This document shows positions 50,060 to 59,496 of a stretch of DNA of 64,000 nt, in pieces; position 1 is the first letter of the stretch, and each line of letters starts with the position of its first letter. Position numbers and translations under genes: made by a program. Source of the DNA: Candidatus Latescibacterota bacterium (GTDB lineage Bacteria > Latescibacterota > UBA2968). The DNA is taken from the NCBI GenBank assembly GCA_965204375.1, contig OZ241986.1, positions 5,184,001-5,248,000 on the forward strand, read 5' to 3'. Below the pieces are notes generated by a model. It did no database searches. It was not told where the DNA came from and saw only the letters and a list, made by a program, of their open reading frames with translations.

Positions 50060-51736
50060 TCAAGTCAAGCCATATTCTTTGGCTCTTCTACTCAGCGTTG
50101 ACCGATCCATACGTAGCATCTTCGCGGCGTGTGCAATAACTCCCTGCGTTTGCTCCAGCGCGTCTTGAATGATCTTTTTCTCAAATTGCGCTACCTGCTC
50201 GTCGAACGAACCCTGAAAAATATCCGTATCCTCTTGATCAAATAACACATCGGGCGTAATCCATTGATCTTCTGGTGTCACAATAGCTGCCCGTTCAATA
50301 GCATTCTTTAACCCTCGGATATTGCGGGGCCAATCATAAGCCTGCAACGCACGCATAGCGTCCTCTGTAAAACCCGCAAATTCCTTTCCTTCATTCTCAG
50401 AAAAACTTTTCAAAAAGTGATGGGCAAGCAATGGAATATCTTCTCGTCTTTCCTTGAGTGGTGGCAACTCAATTTTTAAAGAAAAACGGCTTAGCAGATC
50501 GCCTCGAAACGCGCTTTCCTCTGTATTCAGGTTTTCATTGGTCGCGGCAATAAGGCGCACATTCACCGATATATCTGTCTCGCTGCCCATCCGTCGTATC
50601 ACACCGTCTTCCATGACTCGTAACAACATGCCCTGCACATCGGGTCGAAGCGAATTGATTTCATCGAGAAAGAGCGTGCCATTATTTGCTTGTTCAAACA
50701 AACCCTGACGCTGCTTGTTTGCGTTCGTAAATGCTCCCTTTTCATGACCAAACAATTGACTTTCCGCCAGATCTCCTAATCTCGCACAGTTTTCTGGGCG
50801 ATATTTTCCTGTTCGATCACTCGCTTTGTGCAGTGCAGAAGCAACCAGTTCTTTGCCAGATCCGGTGGAGCCTGTGATCAATACTGAATGACTATAAGGC
50901 GCATATAGTTTAATGTCCTTCTTAACATCCTGAATGCTGTCACTCTGACCAATAATTTCTGGAAACGCATCTTCTGCGCCCGATGCAATCCGCTCTATAT
51001 ACTGTTCTTGCATCTGCTTTGCGTAATCATTGACTGCCTGCTGTGTCAATCTCAGGGTGTCTTCAGTATATTGCCCGGGGGCTACAAATTGCACCACATC
51101 GCGCAATCGACAAAATGGCACGTCAGCCAATTCGATGCTCACAGTATCGCTCATGACTTTCTGGCCCCTGACGATTAGAGATTCCTCCTGTCCTGTACTG
51201 CGATTAAATACCATAATCGGTTCAGGCTTCTCTGGTGGATAATAATAGGACGCATCGCTTCGTTCAATCTCGGGCACGGAAACCAGAACGTGATAAAGCC
51301 GGTCTTGTGGCCGACCAAAAAAGTGAATGGCTGCCCCCAGTATAAAGCCCATAGATTTTCTTCCACCGGCAAGCGAGCAGTGCAATGCCACTTGATCATC
51401 CTGCGTCAGTGTCTCTATCAATTCAAAAATGCCGTCTCGCGCAATGCGATTCTCGTCAGAGGTGCGGATATCGTCTAAAAAGTTGCCCTTGGCGTCTTCG
51501 AATACGTGTATCTGATCGGTGTCGAAAACAGGCTTGGGATCGATATTGTAATCCGACAGCATCTTTTCAAAGCGGCCCTCGTCTAATAGGCGTTTCTGGC
51601 AGATTTCTTTGCCTACGGTTGTCGTTATCACAAATACTTCATTGATGGGCACCTTGCGCTGGACACGCAATGCCCAGAAGGTTTCTGTCATAACTTGTGG
51701 TGTGTTGCCGACTACAGCGACCAATTTGTGTTGCAT
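50060..51736 (-). CDS. CARF (NE0113/Csm6-like)-sigma54 AAA+ activator-Fis HTH fusion
   Basis: CARF: VVGNTPQVMTET, SLAGGRKSM, LYHVLVS. AAA+: GSTGSGKE, LFGHEKGAFTNA, LFLDEI, WPRNIRGL. HTH: AAKMLRMDRSTL. GAGG RBS before MQHK (alternative ATG at 51757). Confidence 0.92.
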   Translation of the reverse strand: MQHKLVAVVGNTPQVMTETFWALRVQRKVPINEVFVITTTVGKEICQKRLLDEGRFEKMLSDYNIDPKPVFDTDQIHVFEDAKGNFLDDIRTSDENRIARDGIFELIETLTQDDQVALHCSLAGGRKSMGFILGAAIHFFGRPQDRLYHVLVSVPEIERSDASYYYPPEKPEPIMVFNRSTGQEESLIVRGQKVMSDTVSIELADVPFCRLRDVVQFVAPGQYTEDTLRLTQQAVNDYAKQMQEQYIERIASGAEDAFPEIIGQSDSIQDVKKDIKLYAPYSHSVLITGSTGSGKELVASALHKASDRTGKYRPENCARLGDLAESQLFGHEKGAFTNANKQRQGLFEQANNGTLFLDEINSLRPDVQGMLLRVMEDGVIRRMGSETDISVNVRLIAATNENLNTEESAFRGDLLSRFSLKIELPPLKERREDIPLLAHHFLKSFSENEGKEFAGFTEDAMRALQAYDWPRNIRGLKNAIERAAIVTPEDQWITPDVLFDQEDTDIFQGSFDEQVAQFEKKIIQDALEQTQGVIAHAAKMLRMDRSTLSRRAKEYGLT

Positions 51737-51772
51737 ATCGTTATCCTCTTGAGACATCTCATTGACTTGTAT

Positions 51773-51801
51773 AGTATAACACAGTAATTTTGAAATATCA
51801 A
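51773..51801 (-). promoter_or_regulatory. Putative sigma70 promoter of the CARF-activator gene
   Basis: TTGATA-17 nt-TATACT with TG extension. Overlaps a divergent TTGACT-17-TAATTT. Confidence 0.55.
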
Positions 51802-51839
51802 TCTATGACTGTTTGAAATACGTACCAGTGGAGAGGACA

Positions 51840-52025
51840 ATGGAAACGACGCTTGATTTGTCAGGATTGCCCAAAAATCTCGTTGCGGTTTGGAAAGCGC
51901 GGGGTGAGCATAGCGATGGACTACAGCCCATTATCAAGCGGAAGGTGGCGCCGTCGGAATTTATATTGAAGGATTCGGATGTTGTTGGCGGTGAAGTGAC
52001 TCGAGCAATGGCGTATGATGAATAA
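51840..52025 (+). CDS. Small hypothetical protein, possibly antitoxin-like
   Basis: GGAGAGG RBS, 61 aa. C-terminal GGEVTRAMAYDE resembles VapB-like tails. Confidence 0.45.
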   Translation: METTLDLSGLPKNLVAVWKARGEHSDGLQPIIKRKVAPSEFILKDSDVVGGEVTRAMAYDE

Positions 52026-52145
52026 TTCCTGAATTCTCAAAGAACAAGAGTCGCTGTTTTATATAATCTGCAGATGGGGCTAATCGGGTTTGCACTCTAT
52101 TTGACAGGTCATCGATGGGATCCTTCTTACCTGAGGATGATACGA

Positions 52146-54704
52146 TCAACGACCCTTCGGCGCCGGAAACATCTCATAGACTTGTTGTATAAGCCTATCT
52201 TTCAGGTCTTGGACCTGAACCGCATTCTGATAAACAAGAAATGCGCACACCAACTCCCGCCTCCGATCAATTCGAAAATGCGCCCCCCACGCGCCGCCGT
52301 GAAAAACGAGATCGGCCAAGCCGGACTCTGAAACGTCGCCCCGGAACCATCCCAATCCGTAGGTCCTCCGAGGTCTGTCAGGTGACTGTAGTCGCCGCAT
52401 CTCGCTTATGGATGCCCTGGAAAGGATTCGCTTTCCGTCAAACACGCCGTCGTTCAGGTGCATCTGACCGAACACCGCCAGCTCGTCCAACGTGGTAAAC
52501 AGCGATCCCCCCGACAGGATGAAGCGGAAATCCTCGATCTCCGCCATGGAACGTTGTCTCTGTAGTTTCCCTTTTTGTCTCAGATACCCCGTGGGCACCG
52601 TCTTTCGCGCTTCGATAGAGGGCAAAAAGGTCGTGTTATTCAGACCCAGGGGGCGAAACAAAGCATCCTGCGCAATCTCCTCGAGCGACTGGCCAAGAGC
52701 GACTTCAGCGACACGACCCAACACGCAATATCCAGTGCCGGAATAGATCCATTTCGTTCCCGGCTCATAGACGAGATCGTACTCTGCAATGCCATTGACC
52801 GCTTCGGCCAGCGGGCGTTCGAAGTTGCGGATGAGATCCATCTTCTCGGGCGTGATTCCCTGGTTCCCCCAAAAGCCTGCGGTGTGCGAGAGCAGGTGGC
52901 GAATCGTCATCGGTCGTGCTGGCGTCTGATTGCCCTCAACCTTTTTCCCTTTGAACTCCGACAGGTATTTCTCCACCGGATCGTCCAGGTTCACCTTCCC
53001 CTGTTCAACCAGGGCCATTACCACGCTTGCCATAAAGGGTTTGGAGACAGATGCGATCGGAAGCAATTCGTCCGTAGTGAATGGTCGCTTCGCTTCGATA
53101 TCGGCATATCCGAACGCCTCTCGAAAGACGATTTCTCCTTTGTGGGCGACAAGAAAGGAGCCCCCCGCAATCTGGTCCTGCTGCACAGCCTGACGCATAA
53201 TTTCGGCCAGCGATGCGATCTGATTTTGCGTCACGCCATGCGACTGTAGATCCGTCTGAATAAACCGATCGAATAGATTCGCCGTCATACGCTGCACGCG
53301 CGCGTCAGGGCCTTGCGGCCGGGCGAATCTATTTGCGGGCAAAACGTGGCCTGGAGGCGATGACACACCTTGCACATACCAGATGGATGCCGCATTGAAT
53401 ACAACGTTGTCCTTAGGCCCATTGTAGATCGTCGCTACATGGGATGAATCAGGCCTATTTTTCCCGTCAACCGCATTGCTTGTGGCCAGGATTTCATGAC
53501 CGGGCAAATCGCGGGCAGGATAACCGTTCCATTCCCAGCCCACCAGGCCATTGATGGCGTCGCCTTCTTTCATATCGGTGCCTTCATACAGCCAGTGATC
53601 GGGCCTGGTGCAGATAAAGTTACCGCCGCCGATGCCCGCGTGGCGTCCACCCATGAGCAGCGCCCCGTCCGGCCCCATTGGATACTTGAGTTTTCGTTCC
53701 GGATACCGCTTGGCGTAGGCATCGCCGACGAAGTAGCCTTCGCGTCGCATAATACGGTGAGGCTGTCCTTCAGCGGAGGGCAGCAAAGGCACCACACCCA
53801 ACACCGTGTTACCACTCAGGAATGCAAGGTTCACACCGGCGTCGCGGGCCACACCGGCACTGTCGAACATCTCCCGCGTCCAATACTCGTCATGGCCCAC
53901 GGAAATGAAACCTTTCGCGCGTTGCAATCCCGTCCCGTCCGTATGCGTATCTACGTTCGATATGTACGACACATCGTAACCCTGCTGCTCCATCCAATAG
54001 GACAGGGGATATTCCCAAAGAAGAAATTCGCCCGAACCCACAGAATTAGGTCTATCGACAAGATGATTCTGGCAGAAATTGGCGTACGGACGATCAAAAC
54101 TCACCCACCCGGTTTCGTTCGGATCGGTGCTCCACTTCTTTCTTCCATTGGGATTGTAAACTTCCTTGTCGTTATGGTAGAGAGACCACCTGTCATCGGG
54201 CCAACTGTTGTAGGCTTGCCAGGTCATGTCGCTACACTGGAAAAGCAGGTCACAGGGCCGGTCGTCACGCACGATGAAGATGATGTAGCTTTGCAGGCCC
54301 TCCTTCTTGGCGGTGAGTTTGCCGAGATAGACACCGCTCAACCAATCGCTGGGAATCTCAAATTCAACCGACGGTTCCCATTTGCATTCACGCAAGCGGT
54401 TTTCACCGATAGGCGGATCGGGTTGGATCTTGCCCTGAATGGATTCAAATTTCATCATGGAGCGCCCGCCGTCACCACCATAATAACCCACGCGGAAAAT
54501 TTCCAACTCGAACTCCGACACTGGATTCGTGCTCACCATGATCTTGAGCGTATCGCCAGCACTCACACTCGTCTCAGAGCAGTAACCCTCGATCCCGGGA
54601 GAACGCCACCATGTATCTGGGTCGATGTAAGTCTTAGCAAGTAACCAGTCGCGCGTTCCGGGTTTTTCGTTTTCTTGCCGGATCAGGCTATTCGATTCGT
54701 TCAT
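52146..54704 (-). CDS. N,N-dimethylformamidase beta-subunit-like (DUF6605-type) domain fused to a serine hydrolase/beta-lactamase domain
   Basis: IEGYCS, SGVYLGKL, TWQAYN.W, VSFDRPY, VGHDEYWT. C-terminal IASVSK, LLSHTAG, YSGTGY, HGG. Confidence 0.85.
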   Translation of the reverse strand: MNESNSLIRQENEKPGTRDWLLAKTYIDPDTWWRSPGIEGYCSETSVSAGDTLKIMVSTNPVSEFELEIFRVGYYGGDGGRSMMKFESIQGKIQPDPPIGENRLRECKWEPSVEFEIPSDWLSGVYLGKLTAKKEGLQSYIIFIVRDDRPCDLLFQCSDMTWQAYNSWPDDRWSLYHNDKEVYNPNGRKKWSTDPNETGWVSFDRPYANFCQNHLVDRPNSVGSGEFLLWEYPLSYWMEQQGYDVSYISNVDTHTDGTGLQRAKGFISVGHDEYWTREMFDSAGVARDAGVNLAFLSGNTVLGVVPLLPSAEGQPHRIMRREGYFVGDAYAKRYPERKLKYPMGPDGALLMGGRHAGIGGGNFICTRPDHWLYEGTDMKEGDAINGLVGWEWNGYPARDLPGHEILATSNAVDGKNRPDSSHVATIYNGPKDNVVFNAASIWYVQGVSSPPGHVLPANRFARPQGPDARVQRMTANLFDRFIQTDLQSHGVTQNQIASLAEIMRQAVQQDQIAGGSFLVAHKGEIVFREAFGYADIEAKRPFTTDELLPIASVSKPFMASVVMALVEQGKVNLDDPVEKYLSEFKGKKVEGNQTPARPMTIRHLLSHTAGFWGNQGITPEKMDLIRNFERPLAEAVNGIAEYDLVYEPGTKWIYSGTGYCVLGRVAEVALGQSLEEIAQDALFRPLGLNNTTFLPSIEARKTVPTGYLRQKGKLQRQRSMAEIEDFRFILSGGSLFTTLDELAVFGQMHLNDGVFDGKRILSRASISEMRRLQSPDRPRRTYGLGWFRGDVSESGLADLVFHGGAWGAHFRIDRRRELVCAFLVYQNAVQVQDLKDRLIQQVYEMFPAPKGR

Positions 54705-54769
54705 GCTGTTTTCTCCGTGCATCACTTTATTTGTCTGCGCCGTTCTACTTTTATACGATCAACGATCAT

Positions 54770-56008
54770 TTACTCAAGATGATCGCCAATGCCGTTCTTG
54801 TTTTTATCTGTAACGCCGGAGAGGGGATGCTCCACCACCGCTTTCCAGACGATTTCGCGGAAAATTTCGTCAAGGTCGGCGCTTAGGAAACTCGGATTCC
54901 TATTGAACTTGATAGGCGCTGAAATGAGTTCGGGGGATTTGCCGTAGAGCGTGGCGTAGAAGACATAGCCCTCCAGGCGGTCGAAGCCGGGCCCCAAGTG
55001 GCCGCGTTGGTCTGCCCAGATAGAACTTTCTTTTCCGCCAATGACCTTATACAGGCCTTCTACGCCGGGAAGCTCTCCTCGAATGAAGCGTTTGGCCGCC
55101 TCCGTCATGGCGGCGCGCGTCGGCAAGATGTAGACTTCATCGGTTGATTCGCGCAGCGTTTTCACGAAGTCCGCAAAGCCAGTGTTCACAGGGGCGTTGA
55201 GCTGATCGAAGACCGCATCGGTGAAGAACGCTTCAGACTCCGGGTTTCCTTTCCGACTGAAGACTCTCTGGACCTGAGATAGCGTGGGCCAGCCGTCGAT
55301 GAGAAAAAACTTCATGCCGGGATTGTATTGTTCGCAGAAATCGATCCAGCATGTGTAAAATTCTGGACGATCACCGACGTAGGGTCCCCAGATCATCGCC
55401 TCCCATTCCGCGTTGGAAATAGCAGACAGCAGTTTGGGCAGGGGCTTGCCGTCGAATTGGAAGATGCCATTTTCCTGCTCCCATTTGTAGCGAACGCTGC
55501 CCCTTTCCCCGCCGCCGTTATGCAGGCAAAAGGGCTGCTCGAACCCGGCGGCACGGGTGATGGCGGGTAAGGTTCTGTAGCCGGGCGCAGTGAAGCTGTG
55601 GCCCGTGCCCACGATGCGCATGATGCCGTCGGCAGGCTTGGGAAAGGAAAGGGCGTCGCTCGCATCCACATAACTTCGACCCGCAGGGCCGCGCTTATAA
55701 ATTGCCATAATCTCATCAGGCGTCTTAAAGCTTACCGCGTGTGGCGGGAATTCATCCTTCTCCCAGCCGGGATGAAATCTCCCCTTCCATTGCGCTGCTG
55801 CGGCCTCAGCTTGCTCCTTGTGCGCGCGGGCGGCCTTGATCTCCTCTGCGGTCAGCTTGCCATCGCCATCCGCATCCGCGCCAGGATGTTGCCTGAGGAA
55901 TCGAGACAGTTCTTCTTCGGAGAACTGTTGCGCTTGCGCATTCGAGAAGGGTGCGGCCGCCACCAGGGCGAGGATCACTAAGAGTAGGATTGGGCGTTGT
56001 TTGTTCAT
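54770..56008 (-). CDS. Secreted protein with EF-hand-like motif and SGNH-like domain
   Basis: Signal peptide, DADGDGKLTAEE, GHSF, DQRGH. Confidence 0.65.
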   Translation of the reverse strand: MNKQRPILLLVILALVAAAPFSNAQAQQFSEEELSRFLRQHPGADADGDGKLTAEEIKAARAHKEQAEAAAAQWKGRFHPGWEKDEFPPHAVSFKTPDEIMAIYKRGPAGRSYVDASDALSFPKPADGIMRIVGTGHSFTAPGYRTLPAITRAAGFEQPFCLHNGGGERGSVRYKWEQENGIFQFDGKPLPKLLSAISNAEWEAMIWGPYVGDRPEFYTCWIDFCEQYNPGMKFFLIDGWPTLSQVQRVFSRKGNPESEAFFTDAVFDQLNAPVNTGFADFVKTLRESTDEVYILPTRAAMTEAAKRFIRGELPGVEGLYKVIGGKESSIWADQRGHLGPGFDRLEGYVFYATLYGKSPELISAPIKFNRNPSFLSADLDEIFREIVWKAVVEHPLSGVTDKNKNGIGDHLE

Positions 56009-56202
56009 GGTTCCTCCTTATTAACTGATATTTCCCACATACAACCGCTCGCGCCTATCGCGAACAGGTTTCAATTATATTATCGACGTTTCCCTGCGTG
56101 CGAACCATCAAGGTGCCTTTCCATGTCCCGGAGAATCACCATCTTGGCGTTCGGTATGGCCTCCTGGGTATCCCACTGGGCCTTGAGCACCACATCTCCT
56201 TT

Positions 56203-57795
56203 TTATTCAAATGATGGAGATTCCTTGACGAACCAATCAAACACATTTTTTGTCATACGTTGAACGCGCGGGTCCGGACCTTTCGGCTTGGCATGCCTAT
56301 GTGCGGGCAATATGTGGCCGGGAGGCGCCGACAAACCTTGCGCCCACCAGATCGTCCCGGCGTTGAAGACGACATTATTCTTTGGCCCATCGTAGATCGT
56401 AGCGGCATGAGGACTGTACCTGCGATTCTTCGGTAGCATCGGTCCCTCGGCCAGAACTTCAAAGTTAGGCAGTTCGAGAGCAGGCGATCCATGCCATTCC
56501 CAGCCCACCAGGCCTTTGATCGTGTCGCCTTCTTTCATGCCCGTGCCTTCATACAGCCAGTGATCGGCATTGGCGCAGGTCCAATCGCCTCCGCCAACCC
56601 CGGCGGTGCGTCCCCCCATGAGTAGCCTCGCGTCCGGTCCCGCTGGATACTTGGCGGGGGTGCCGCGTCGCTTGTTCAACATCTTGCTGAGTTCCTCGCC
56701 AAGGAACTTATCTTCGCGTCGCATGATCCGGTGGAGCTGCCCTTCGGCAGAGGGCAGCAAAGGCACCACACCCCAAACCGAATTACCACTCAGGAACGCA
56801 AGGTTGACACCGGCGTCCCGAGCCTCGATGACGTTGTCGTACATCTCTCGGGTCCAATACTCGTCATGGCCCACGGAGATAAAGCCTTTCGCGCGTTGTA
56901 GTCTCGGACCGTGCCTGTGCGTATCCACATTTGAGATATACGACACATCGTACCCCTGCTGCTCTATCCAGTAGGACAGCGGAAATTCCCAAAGAAGAAA
57001 TTCGCCCGTGCCCACGGACTTGGGATTCATGACAAGATGATCCTGGCAGAACTGCGCGTAGGGACGGTCAAAACTCACCCACCCGGTATCGTTCGCGTTG
57101 GTGCTCCACTTTTTTCTTTTCTTGTATCCCGTGTAGCCATTTTTGTCGTTGTGGTAAAGAGACCACTCGTTGGTAGGCCAACTGTTGTAGGCTTGCCAGG
57201 TCATGTCGCTGCACTGGAAGAGCAAATCGCAGGGGCGATCATCGCGCACAATAAAGATGACGTAGCTTTGTACGCCGCCCTCCTTGGCAGTGAGTTTGCC
57301 GAGATAGACACCACTCAGCCAATCGTCGGGAATCTCAAATTCTACGGAAGGTTCCCAGGTGCATTCGCGCAGACGGTTCTCGCCTATCGACGGATCGGCT
57401 TGGGTTTTACCCGGCAGCGAATCGAAACGCTTCATGGACCGCCCGCCGGTGCCGCCGTAGTAACCCGTGCGGAAGATTTCCAGACTGAACTCCGAAACCG
57501 GATTCGTGCTCACCATGACCTTGATCATGTCGCCAGCGCTCACGCTCGTCTCGGAGCAGTAGCCCTCGATTCGCGGGCTACGCCACAACGCCACCGGCTC
57601 GTTGGCAGTGATGTCGGTCTTAGTGAGCAACCAGTCCCGCGTTCCACGCTCGGCGTTTTCGAGTTCTATCATATTTTCCCCTACTGGCGTTTGGCCAAAG
57701 GCCTCAGGAATGCCAAGCGCGCCTGATGCCAGCCCAAGGCTTACTGCAGCGGCGCCTTTGAGTGCATCACGGCGATTCATGCTGGATTCGTTCAT
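56203..57795 (-). CDS. Tat-exported DMF-amidase-beta-like (DUF6605-type) protein
   Basis: MNRRDALKG Tat signal and the same motifs as its paralogs. Confidence 0.85.
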   Translation of the reverse strand: MNESSMNRRDALKGAAAVSLGLASGALGIPEAFGQTPVGENMIELENAERGTRDWLLTKTDITANEPVALWRSPRIEGYCSETSVSAGDMIKVMVSTNPVSEFSLEIFRTGYYGGTGGRSMKRFDSLPGKTQADPSIGENRLRECTWEPSVEFEIPDDWLSGVYLGKLTAKEGGVQSYVIFIVRDDRPCDLLFQCSDMTWQAYNSWPTNEWSLYHNDKNGYTGYKKRKKWSTNANDTGWVSFDRPYAQFCQDHLVMNPKSVGTGEFLLWEFPLSYWIEQQGYDVSYISNVDTHRHGPRLQRAKGFISVGHDEYWTREMYDNVIEARDAGVNLAFLSGNSVWGVVPLLPSAEGQLHRIMRREDKFLGEELSKMLNKRRGTPAKYPAGPDARLLMGGRTAGVGGGDWTCANADHWLYEGTGMKEGDTIKGLVGWEWHGSPALELPNFEVLAEGPMLPKNRRYSPHAATIYDGPKNNVVFNAGTIWWAQGLSAPPGHILPAHRHAKPKGPDPRVQRMTKNVFDWFVKESPSFE

Positions 57796-57859
57796 GCTGT
57801 TTTCTTTGTTCATTCTGGCGCTCCTCTGGATATTGGACACAGATAGCCTTGTTTCTACC

Positions 57860-58020
57860 ATGGGAACCCTTCGGTCGGCGTCGCCGTGGAAGATCCAAAT
57901 GGGGATGTGCTTGATCTTTGGGGCTTCTTCAGGCGCCCATGCTGAGGCGATGGGAATGGCCGCTGCAAAGGTGTTCGGGCGGGAGACAATGGCGCCGAAG
58001 GTTCCGAGGCCGCCCATAGA
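57860..58020 (-). pseudogene. Internal fragment of an alpha/beta-hydrolase (esterase/peptidase)
   Basis: SMGGLGTF...FAAAIPIA...PIWIFHGDAD..VP, with no own start or C-terminus. Confidence 0.65.
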
Positions 58021-58030
58021 TTCGATGGAC

Positions 58031-59476
58031 CTATCGGTTGCGTCCAGATAGTTCGCCAGGTGGCTCATGATGAACAGGAATCCCTTTTTGCATCTCTTTT
58101 TTTACATCTGCATATTCAGGACTATCCGCGAGGTTATGCCATTCCCACTTATCTTTCTCGTGATCATACAACTCTTCACTTCCGTCAGCATATACGATAT
58201 ACCTGTATCGTTCGGATCGAACGCCATAATTCTTGTACCCAAAAGTGGTTAAGGAAGTCTTATCCCATGGAGCCTCAGGGTTTTTCATCAAGACTGAGAG
58301 ATCGTTTCCTTCCAGTTGTTTTTCAGGTGGTTTGCAGCCGGTCAGGGAGGCAAGTGTAGGATAAATATCCAGCAAATTCACGGGCTTGGCGCAGGTCGAA
58401 CCAGGCTTTGTCACACCAGGTGCCACCCATACCAAATTCACCCTCGTGGCCCTTTCCCAGAGAGAGTATTTTGCCCAACGCTCTTTTTCGCCCAGCTGAA
58501 AACCATGGTCGCTCCACAACACGATAATCGTATTGTCGGCGTACTTTGATTTCTCGAGCGCCCCTACAATCTGGCCGATCAGGTCATCCGTCATGGCAGT
58601 GGACGCCAGATAAGCCTGAATCGCAGGCTTCCACTGACCGGCAGCCCTAATCTTCTTAAGCCACGCAATATGCTGCTGCTTTGCACTCGCCTCGGGCACA
58701 TCTTCCAAATCATCCTCTTTGTAACCCTCCGGAAGCTCTATTTCATCCAGAGGGAACCAATCAAAATACTTTTGGAGCGCATAATTGGGCAGATGCGGTT
58801 GGAAGATGCCGGCGCCTAAAAAGAAGGGTTCTTTCAGCTCTCCCCCGAGCAGTGTCTCTGCCGCCCATTTCGCGGTTTTCCCATCATTGATATCCTCCAG
58901 TTTAACGTCTGGGGCGTAAGGGCCCCAGTCGGCATATCTTGCTATATTCTTCATCCCGTTCATGGGCCTCGGGCTGGAGAATCTGTCTATCCAAGGGAAC
59001 AGGTCCTGCGTTTTGCTCGGGTAATAGTCATCAAAGCCCCGCCCTTGTACTTCCTGTTTGAAATGAGCGCCGTGAAACAACTTTCCGGAGCCGCAGACAT
59101 AGTATCCATTTTGTTGAAAAAACTCGGGCAATAGAACCGAGTTGTTCAGTATCGGATTGCGTGTAAGCGAGCTTCGGTTGACATAATTACCCGATGTCGA
59201 AGGACGGATCCCGGTCATAATGGCAGCTCTTGAAGGACCGCAGGCGGGAGCTGTACAATGCGCATTTGTGAACACCACCCCACGAGAAGCCAGCTTGTCT
59301 ATATGAGGCGTTCGGGCCTGAGGATTGCCTTTCAACATGCCAGTCCAGTCATTTAAATCATCAATAGCGATAAACAATATATTGGGCTTCTCGTCCTGCT
59401 GGTTTAAGTCCTGCCCTTCAATCTTTCCTACCATGCACAAGAGGCAAACCGCCAGAGACAGTATCATTATTTTCAT
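58031..59476 (-). CDS. Secreted sulfatase (iduronate/choline sulfatase-like)
   Basis: Signal peptide, PNILFIAIDDL, CGPSRAAIMTG, GKLFH, SDHG. Confidence 0.9.
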   Translation of the reverse strand: MKIMILSLAVCLLCMVGKIEGQDLNQQDEKPNILFIAIDDLNDWTGMLKGNPQARTPHIDKLASRGVVFTNAHCTAPACGPSRAAIMTGIRPSTSGNYVNRSSLTRNPILNNSVLLPEFFQQNGYYVCGSGKLFHGAHFKQEVQGRGFDDYYPSKTQDLFPWIDRFSSPRPMNGMKNIARYADWGPYAPDVKLEDINDGKTAKWAAETLLGGELKEPFFLGAGIFQPHLPNYALQKYFDWFPLDEIELPEGYKEDDLEDVPEASAKQQHIAWLKKIRAAGQWKPAIQAYLASTAMTDDLIGQIVGALEKSKYADNTIIVLWSDHGFQLGEKERWAKYSLWERATRVNLVWVAPGVTKPGSTCAKPVNLLDIYPTLASLTGCKPPEKQLEGNDLSVLMKNPEAPWDKTSLTTFGYKNYGVRSERYRYIVYADGSEELYDHEKDKWEWHNLADSPEYADVKKEMQKGIPVHHEPPGELSGRNR

Positions 59477-59496
59477 TCTAGATTTCCCCTTTATTT

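Noticed and set aside
50060-51736. Calling the activator rtcR
   Set aside because: There is no rtcAB nearby, and the CARF motifs (GNTPQV.TET, GGRK) match the CRISPR-linked NE0113 type.
57796-58068. N-terminal extension giving a 621-aa esterase-DUF6605 fusion
   Set aside because: It overlaps the upstream sulfatase end and would bury the Tat signal. It is better explained as an in-frame gene fragment.
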